Below are positions 53,007-61,101 of a stretch of 64,000 bases of DNA, one piece after another; position 1 is the stretch's first letter, and the number at the start of each line of letters is the position of its first letter. Location: assembly GCA_964016885.1 (NCBI GenBank), contig OZ024743.1, positions 6,448,001 through 6,512,000 on the forward strand, written 5' to 3'. The position numbers and the translations under genes are program-made. Below the pieces are notes generated by a model. The model ran no database searches, was not told where the DNA came from, and worked only from the letters and a program-made list of their open reading frames with translations. This DNA is from Eledone cirrhosa (taxonomy: Eukaryota).

Positions 53007-53157
53007 TATATACACATATATATACACACACACACATATATAAATATTAAATAAATAAATACACACAGAGAGAGAGAACCACACAAACACATACACACAA
53101 ATACCACACACACACGCATATATATACATATATATATATATGTATATATATACACAT

Positions 53158-53191
<34 letters not shown>

Positions 53192-53444
53192 ACATATATA
53201 TACACACATATACATATATATATATATACATATATATACACATACACACACACATACACACATATATACACACACACATATATACATATATGTACATATA
53301 CATATACATACATACATACACAAACATACATATATATATATATATATATATAACGAAGGAAATGTGGTAAGGAACCAGGTGGACCATAACGCACCAAAGT
53401 ACTCAATACTTAAGATAGTAGAGTGGGTAATAGGAACCAGTAAG

Positions 53445-53538
53445 ACCCCGACGGATGAGCTCAAGCCGTTTCGACGGCTAATTCTGGACTAAATGAAAAT
53501 TTATCCTGGTATTTAAATAGCCGAGCTTCTCAAGGGGT
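53445..53538 (-). ncRNA. Type I hammerhead ribozyme with U3:A8 core, long stem II and GUC site
   Basis: acccc TTGAGAA gctcggcta...tagccgtc GAAA cgg-cttgagctcat-ccg TC ggggt; predicted cut between 53450 and 53449. Confidence 0.8.
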
Positions 53539-54729
53539 AATTCCATATATGGTCAAAGTGATTGTCACAAGGATTGGTCACAAGTTAGTAGTAATTCTGT
53601 GATGGCAAATTAGTGGGGGAAGGGGTAGCTAAACCTGCCAGTAGGAGAAAAAGGGGGAGGGGTGGAGTAGACCCATTCATGCGTTGGTAGTGCCGGCTAC
53701 AGCTGGGCGTGAGGTCAAAGAAGATACTAGGGAGGGGGAGGAGGAGGAAGTCGAAACGGTAAGTAGAACAATGAAGGGTAAAAATATATTAAAAAAAAAA
53801 ATACTGAGAGTGATAAAAAGCGAATAAATGTAAAGAAAAAAATAAGCAATTTCTAGGACCTAAGTCTCTCGCTATTGCTAGGCTAAATAAATAAATAAAT
53901 AAGTAAATAAATAAATAAATAAATAAATAAAAAAATGAAAAATAAAAAAATAAAAAAATAAATAATAAATAAATAAACTAGGTGGGACGGAATAGGAAAG
54001 GACCCTTTTAAGAGGTATAAGTACGTATATCATACGGTGACGGGTCAACAAAGGGGGGGGGGGCCAAAATACTAAAGAAACTACCACGAAATAAAGGTTT
54101 CTACCCCAGGCACAAGGCCAGCAACCACCCAGTGCAGAAAAGTAAACTAGTACGAAATAATAATTCAGAGTCCCGAAAAAAATATACTAATGCTAACTCT
54201 AAGGGTACCGCCACGCTACAAAAGTTCTTATACAAGCTACATTAAAGTTCGTACGAAGTAAAAGTAGAATACGGAAAATTAATTCAGAATCCACCCCGCC
54301 CAAAAGAAAAGAGAAGAAAGAAATACTGAATAAACGAGAAATTAAAGCAAAGATGCCACTAAGAAATATAGAAGGCACGGAAAAAAGGGGCAGCGGTCGG
54401 ATAAGGGGGCAAGTATCCGAGGTCTAACACAACTGCTATAAAAAGCGGAGTCCACCAAATCTATCGTAGACTAGGGGAGGGGGTGGGGGTACTGAGGCTA
54501 CAATGGGCCGAGGGGCTGCCTCGGGTGGGCGAGAAAAAGACGCCGACAAAGAAAAAGAACTGGGGTAGAAGGACTAGGGAGGGATGGGGGGAAGAAGGAA
54601 ATATAGAGGAAGCGATAAAAGAATATAAAAGATCTTACGTCTCCCATGGCAAGCAGGGGTTACCCATTACAAAATCGGCAAGTGGGGTGTTATAGCCCTA
54701 GTCAACCCCCCCCCCCCCCCCCCCGGGTC

Positions 54730-55200
54730 ATTATGGGGTTTGAGGGCGAGGTAAGTCCTACGCAATCTATGTTTACATGCAGTAACCAGTTCATCTTTCT
54801 TGTTTAGTTGGTCCGTCGAAAACAGCATTTGTAAAGTTTCCTCTGAGCATAAATTGCACGGACAGCGTCCTCCCGTGTAAGAGTTGGCTCTGGACAGTAA
54901 TCTCCAAGTGAGATCATAGGTGATGTTGTTGTCCTTGAGGTCCCATATGTGGCCCGAAAGTGTAGTGGCGTGACGCCGGGCCGAGTTTCAGAAGGTATGC
55001 CTGTGTTGGTATAGTCGGGTCTTGAAGTCACATGCGGTTAATCCTATATAAGCTTTGTTGGAGGTGTCCGTCCTCACGTTGCATTGGTAGATCACATTAC
55101 GGTCTCTGCATCTGTTGTTGAGGGGGAAAATGGATTTATCAGGACAGTTGCACCTCCTGGTCGGCTCTCCACTGCTATTTAGGTTATTTCTTCCATCGGG
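54730..55200 (-). pseudogene. Second ZF + GIY-YIG endonuclease module (one internal TGA at 54990-54988)
   Basis: Manual translation: CNCPDKSIFPLNNRCRDRNVIYQCNVRTDTSNKAYIGLTACDFKTRLYQHRHTF*NSARRHATTLSGHIWDLKDNNITYDLTWRLLSRANSYTGGRCPCNLCSEETLQMLFSTDQLNKKDELVTACKHR. Confidence 0.88.
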
Positions 55201-56117
55201 GTTGAGTTATAGGGGCCAATAGGAGGTCGTTTTTAGCCATCAGGCTTTAACACTGGCTTAAAGTGTTTGAAAGTTGCAAAGTTCTTGTGCATGCAGTTCG
55301 GGCAGTGTTCAGAGAGTTTGTTCAGTAGCGGGCCCTTGACGAATAAAATTTTGAATAAAATTTCATAGCTCTCTGAGATACAAAGGTTGCAGCCCTTGTA
55401 TCCTCCGTTGTAAGAGCGCGCTTTCTGGAGTATTTTCCATTTAAGCGTGAAGGGGGTGGAGTTCCTTTTGAGGTCCCAAACATAGGAGGCGAGTGTTGTC
55501 TGGTTTGATTTGTCCGGTCTTCTGAAGGAGTGGGTATGGGCATACCAACGGGTCTTAAAGTTGTTGGAGGTCATGCCGATGTAAGTTTTTTTGCAATCAT
55601 CGGTGCCTGAGATGACATCGCATTTGTATACGATATCATTTGTGAGGCATTTGTTTTCAAGTGGGCATGCTTCCTTATTTAGGCAGTTACACAGAGCCCC
55701 AGTCCGGGGATTGGGTTCGGAGGTGGTTGGCTTATTTAATTTTTTAGAATTCTGGTTGGCTATATTCCTAGCTAGGTTAGGTGTGGTGGAGTAGGAGAGT
55801 CTTATTGTGTTCTTATTAAAGATGGTGTGGTACCTATGTTGTATGGGGAAGTGTAATTTCAGCAAAGTGAAGAAAATCCTAGCTATCGGTGTAGAGACCA
55901 GCTAATCTGCCTATGTCTATTCCTCCTCTGTAATCTTGCGGTGGTTTCTAGGTATGTTATCTTTTCTTTAAACCTGCTGCGGGCGAGGGCATCATTGTAG
56001 TAGGAGGCAGATGCGTTAAAAATATCTTTGTTGGCGGAGAGGCCAGATATTCTAATAGAGACGCTTTTTACTAGGTTATCAGTAATGTTTTGGGGGTGGT
56101 TTGAATTAACATTTAGA

Positions 56118-56454
56118 TCTATCTACCATGACTGACCCCCACTGATCTTATAGACACCTGTTAGCTTAAGAGAAACTTAATAATAAGGAGTGGCACCCCA
56201 TCCTGAACCTGTTTATAGAATTCTTTCTGCCTTTGTTACTCTAAAAATAAAAATAAATTATAGCTTTGTAGAATTAGCTTTTAATGAATTCCCTTTTCTA
56301 TCAACCAATGACCTACACCCATCCCAATCCCCACCCTCTCCTACCACTTGTAGAGACCTATAAATACCATACTTATTTTTTGATGATACCCAGATTCCTG
56401 ATGATTTCTAAAGAATGAAACAGTTCTAGTCCTGTAGAATCTCATCTATATTAA

Positions 56455-56458
<4 letters not shown>
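56118..56458 (+). mobile_element. 3' terminal fragment of a second Penelope-type family, fused head-to-head to the Naiad-type element
   Basis: Reverse complement of about 48159-48532; ends in a hammerhead, attaaa and (TA)n. Confidence 0.7.
56392..56442 (+). ncRNA. Type I hammerhead ribozyme (GUA site)
   Basis: agattc CTGATGA tttctaaagaat GAAA cag-ttctagtc-ctg TA gaatct; stem I 6 bp, stem III 4 bp; U-U opposition at the base of stem II. Confidence 0.72.
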
Positions 56459-56513
<55 letters not shown>

Positions 56514-56563
56514 TAATGAAATGACAGGAGGCTGGATTTGTGTAAATCCTTGAAAGGTTTATT

Positions 56564-56621
56564 ATACTATGATCATTTCAATGACCGGGTTCCGTATGAA
56601 TCCGGTGATATCATCAGGTAT
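56564..56621 (-). ncRNA. Minimal type I hammerhead motif
   Basis: atac CTGATGA tatcaccggattcatacggaacccggtcatt GAAA tgatca TA gtat; palindromic stem III; imperfect base of stem II. Confidence 0.55.
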
Positions 56622-57676
56622 TCGAAATATAATACGTGAATGTAATAGGTAAAATCCATGGGGCTGAAAATCGAGACCCGAGGGCGACCGCTATTCTGTT
56701 CCTTCAACCTCAGCCGGTCGCCCTATATATATATATATATATATATATTATATCACATTTCCTCCTCAAGATCAGAAAACACTTCATCTCTGGATAGTTT
56801 CTAATCCTCTACTTTTTAAACTATGGTAATACTCATATGTGGGACAATACATATGTCCCATATACACATGTTCATTATGCACTGCATAAAAAAATACCCC
56901 CTATGTCTGGCTTTCATTCACTAACACTCTTCAACTATTGAGCTTCTTAATCACTGGGTGTATATATATGTGTGTGTGTATGTGTATGTGTTTCTTCTGC
57001 TGATCTATAATAGCCCCCTACTCTTCTGGGCAAACCACCTCTGATTTACTTCCTTTTCTCACCTTATCACCCATACTTGTGTCTGACCACTCTACATATT
57101 ACTATTCTCTTTGCATAATATTTTCTACTCAGAAAAGTATGTATACTTATGAAATTCTCTCATTTCCAGCATTTTAATTTCAAACATCAAAGTTCAGAAA
57201 TTGAGACATATCTTCAGTAAATTATTCCCTACCCCTCAGTCTATGAGGACTTCCACAGTTAGTAACACAGTTCCTTATTTTCTGCCTAACTAATTAAATA
57301 TATACACTTCTATATGTATCTTAAAACAAATAGTGTGTGTGTCAAGAATGAACTGTTACTCTACACTTCTGACTCTTGAGCAATGTTAATGGCAATGGAC
57401 ATAATTAAAAATAGATTATAATGATCACTCTTATTTTGAAAACTGAATATTATACTTTCTCTTCAGAAAAATTATGTTTGTCGGTAAGTTGTCTTAAATC
57501 CTAACTTTTGTCATAATTATGTTTTATTATACAAGAAATTTACATAATTATGTGTCTATTCTTTAAATTTCTTATATGTAAACTTTTTAACAAGGACAAA
57601 AAAGTGTTTTAGCCACTTGTTACATTGACAATTTTGCAGTTGCAGTTCACTAGAATTATATTTTTGTTATTCACAG

Positions 57677-57739
57677 TTAATAATACAAATATGGCAGGTA
57701 TTGACATACCTATGACAAATTTGCCCAGAAGTAATAATG
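57677..57739 (+). CDS. Candidate further Slo2 linker exon: (F)NNTNMAGIDIPMTNLPRSNN
   Basis: ttcacag acceptor and gtaaac donor; 63 nt, phase 1-1, compatible with the exon ending at 46897; lies in unique sequence but has no strong homology (poorly conserved RCK1-RCK2 linker). Confidence 0.4.
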
Positions 57740-58289
57740 GTAAACCAATTTACAAACCTATTTCATCAAGCAGAAGACTACTAATTTTCTAAACCAACAG
57801 TAATTATAATATATTAAGTTATTAATGTGAAATATCATCATCATCATCATCACTGCCGCCACCACCACCACCACCACCACTATCATCATCATCATTTGTA
57901 TCTGTTTACCATGTTTGTATGGGTCATCTGCATCAGCTCAGTGTCTTGCTATTTACTGTTGTTTTTTGTCATCTTCAGTTTTTGTTATTTGTTCCTACGA
58001 TTTCCACATGGTTCTTCCTTTTTGATTACTTGACACTTCTTTACCCAACTGTTATCTTCTATACATATCATGTCAGTACAAGTGCAGTAACTCTCTTGCA
58101 TGCTACAGCTGATTCCTCTTACATCAGTCATTTTCTTATTTGCTCTCTGTTATTTGTGTACACTCATATTACCTGACCATTAATACACTTCCTTTCTTTC
58201 TAGTCTTCACACATCTTTTGCATTCAATGCTGTTGCTGTGTCACTATCATACGACATTGTACATCATACAGGAGCATCCTATAATCTGC

Positions 58290-59460
58290 TCTTCACTTGG
58301 AAATAGAATCACCTTGCCAGCAGAAGTAATAGTGCTATGAACTCTCTAAAAGTTGCACCCTGTTATTATTCTAGCTACTGTGATTTTGGAATACCCTTCA
58401 CCAATGCTGATTAGGTTACCTGATCACAGAATCTACTGACTACTTCTGGGATGATTTCCAATGATTTGAAGGAATTTCTTTCATGGGTGCTCCAATTGCT
58501 AACTACTGCTGTGCATCTACTACATCCAAAGTTTTTCTTCTCTATCAAGCTCTCTGTGATAACACTGTATCATTTGTGTACCCATATTTTACATTTGATT
58601 CTTTATACTCAGCTTACTTTCTTTCTGTATATTGAGCAGATGACAGTTCTGTTTACTTTCCTGTTAACTAAAACTCTTGTCTTTGCTAGGTTAAATTTGA
58701 AGCCTCCCAATTCTAGGTTTCGATCCCACGTTTAGAATTTCATTTCTAATTATTTGACAGATTTAGCCATGTAGACCAACATACAGAAGTTCCCTTGCAG
58801 AGCTGGTCTTAAAAGCTTCTGTCAACTTCAATAGCTGATCTCGCTATTGTGTATACTTAGTATAGACCCTCTCTCCTATCCAGTCTCTTCATTCAGCAAT
58901 ATCTTGTAATAAAATACAATAGGGTCTCACATGTGTAATGTCTCTTTTAGTGAGGACAAGTGAGCTATTATCATTTGGTAGACACATTTCAACAACATCT
59001 TCATTTATCCTTACACATTGCTTTGCAATCTGGAATACCTCATACTTCTGATCCTCTTGTTACCGAGCATCAGCAAACCTCATACTTTCAGGTTTTCTTC
59101 TTGTTAAATACACCTGATATCTAGTTTCTCTTCTAGCTACCTAATATTTTCCTTGTTCCCCACTTTCTTCCAATATTTCTCGGCCTGTCATTTAGATTTT
59201 ATACCTCTATCTACTGACCCATGTGACATTTCTATTAGCTTAAACCTTACTTCATCCCCAGATTTGATCTGTAGAATTGCAGCAGGTTGACTCCTAGAAA
59301 CTTCTAGTAGTCCTCTATGTTATAAATTTTTATCATTTCCTCATTTTTTCTGCAGGTTCTATACCATCCCTCTCCAGATTATTTTGTTTAGTTCTTATTC
59401 TGAATTAGCTGATCACTAGTCTGGAGAGGTACATATTTCACTGGGGAGGGACATAGTATT
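58290..59460 (-). mobile_element. Old, decayed copy related to the RTE family
   Basis: Patchy similarity to 32600-34440 (for example ttgctttgcaatctggaatacctc versus ctgcctcgcaatcttgaatacctc); many indels; boundaries approximate. Confidence 0.6.
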
Positions 59461-60517
59461 TGCAGCCAGTTGTATGTGTGTGAAAAGTAAATGGGAAAAA
59501 CACAACAGACGATGAAGTACAATGAAGATATATATTAGTTTCATGCTTAATATAGTAGGAAAGTCTTAACGTTTTCATACTAGTCCTTCATCAGAAAATA
59601 GAATGAGAAATTAAAGAAGAAATAGAAAGATAAGGGAGAGTGATCAGGGGCAGAAACGAAAACAATTTCTTCAAGAAAAAGCTGACCTGTTCATTTTACC
59701 ATCTCTTGGAAAAATATTGATAGGAGCATTTGTGGTGTAGGAGGTTCAGTTGGTCGTCTTTTGAAAGGCTGTGATCAAAAGCGTCTTATATTGTGTGGAA
59801 AAGGAAAAAAAAATCTTTTTGTATTTTGAGTGGATGTGCATGTGTGTGTGTGTGTTTGTTGATTGTCTGTGCAAAGCTGTAGGAATATATGTGTGTATAA
59901 GTTTAAGTGTGTGTGTGTGTGTATTTGTTGTTGGTTCATATAGAGCTGTGAGTATAAGCAGGGATGTAGCTAGAGTGTGTGCCACTCAGGGCAGCCATTC
60001 AGTTTGCCACCCCCAGGCCCCTACAAAAAATACATATTGCTCTTAATATATATATATATAGGGTGGTGGATTGGCAGTATCGGTAGAGAGTCGGACGCCA
60101 TGCTTTGTAGCATAGAGTTACGCCCCTTTATGATCTGAGTTTAAATCCCAGCGAGGTTAACTTTGCCTTTCATCCTTACGGGGTCGATGAAATAAAGTAC
60201 CAGTAATGTACTGGGTATTTGCTGGCCTTGTGCCAAAAGTAGAAACAATATATATATAGCTCTTAAAGTTATATATATATATTAACTAGTCTGTGTACAA
60301 TTATATTATGCTGCAGCATAAAAAAAATGCTTGTACCTACAGCAAACCCAAAGGTGCCGCTCCCATAAGTGTTGCCCATGCAGACAGCACCCCACCCCCT
60401 CTAGCTACGTTATTGAGTATAAGTGTAGAGGTGTGCACATATTTGTTGTTGGTCTGTACAAACTTGATAGGGTCTGACCATAATGAAGCCTACTTTGGGT
60501 AGTAGGGTGGGCAATAA

Positions 60518-60624
60518 GAAAAGAGTCAGGACCCTGGCGGCTGAGCTCTGGCCATTTCAACAGCTAGTTCATGAACTAGCTGTTGAAATGGCCAGGGCTC
60601 AGCCGCCGGGGTCCTGACTCTTTT

Positions 60625-60625
<1 letters not shown>
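60518..60625. repeat. GC-rich 108-bp loopless palindrome
   Basis: 54-bp arms about 60571/60572; the only two differences are G-U pairs in + strand RNA. Confidence 0.95.
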
Positions 60626-60716
<91 letters not shown>

Positions 60717-61101
60717 TGGAATTGGAAATAGCACGGAAAATATATTTAAGGATCTGTTTTTCTTTTTTTCTTCTTTGATTCGTCAAAGTGACATTATCGA
60801 AAAAATGAGAGGAACAATTCTTTTTAAAAAAAGGAATTTTATAATGTATATAAAATATAACTGGTTTCGCTGTATCAGTGTAAACTATCTTATCAAATAT
60901 TGAATATTATAATTAAAAAGAATTTAAAATTTAAAATTAAGTGTTGAAGAGGTCTGTTCATCTTTTTTGTTGCGAAAACTGGGTCGAAAATGAAAACTTA
61001 TATATAGAGAGAGAGGTAGTCAGTAATAGTAGAAATAGTGGTGGTAGTTGTGTCTTTTCACAGAACAAAATTATTTTTAGGAATAGTTTCAATTGTGTTA
61101 A

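Larger units (their letters stand above)
47570..53352. repeat. Compound (TA)n/(CA)n/(TACA)n microsatellite field with embedded elements
   Basis: Multiple tracts of several hundred bp (48760-49065, 50560-51240, 51760-51930, 52945-53352); source of the spurious YIYI ORFs. Confidence 0.97.
53353..56116 (-). mobile_element. Penelope-like retroelement (Naiad-type), 5'-truncated: RT thumb, two ZF+GIY-YIG modules, long 3'UTR with hammerhead
   Basis: 56116-55900 encodes LNVNSNHP...SIRISGLS...FN..A.YYNDAL...RNR.R.ISW; ORF 55233-55865 encodes HFP...IFNKNTIRLSYS, CNC-x5-C-x5-C, IVY...YIG, KTR, CNLC..E, LLNK, CMH; a second module lies at about 54730-55200. Confidence 0.9.

Noticed and set aside
48679-53464. 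Many long ORFs rich in Y/I/H/T/C/V
   Set aside because: Translations of (TA)n/(CA)n microsatellites, which lack stop codons.
54988-54990. In-frame TGA in the second GIY-YIG module as selenocysteine (some Naiads are selenoproteins)
   Set aside because: It aligns with Arg in module 1 (HSFRR), not Cys; CGA-to-TGA decay is simpler, and I identified no SECIS.
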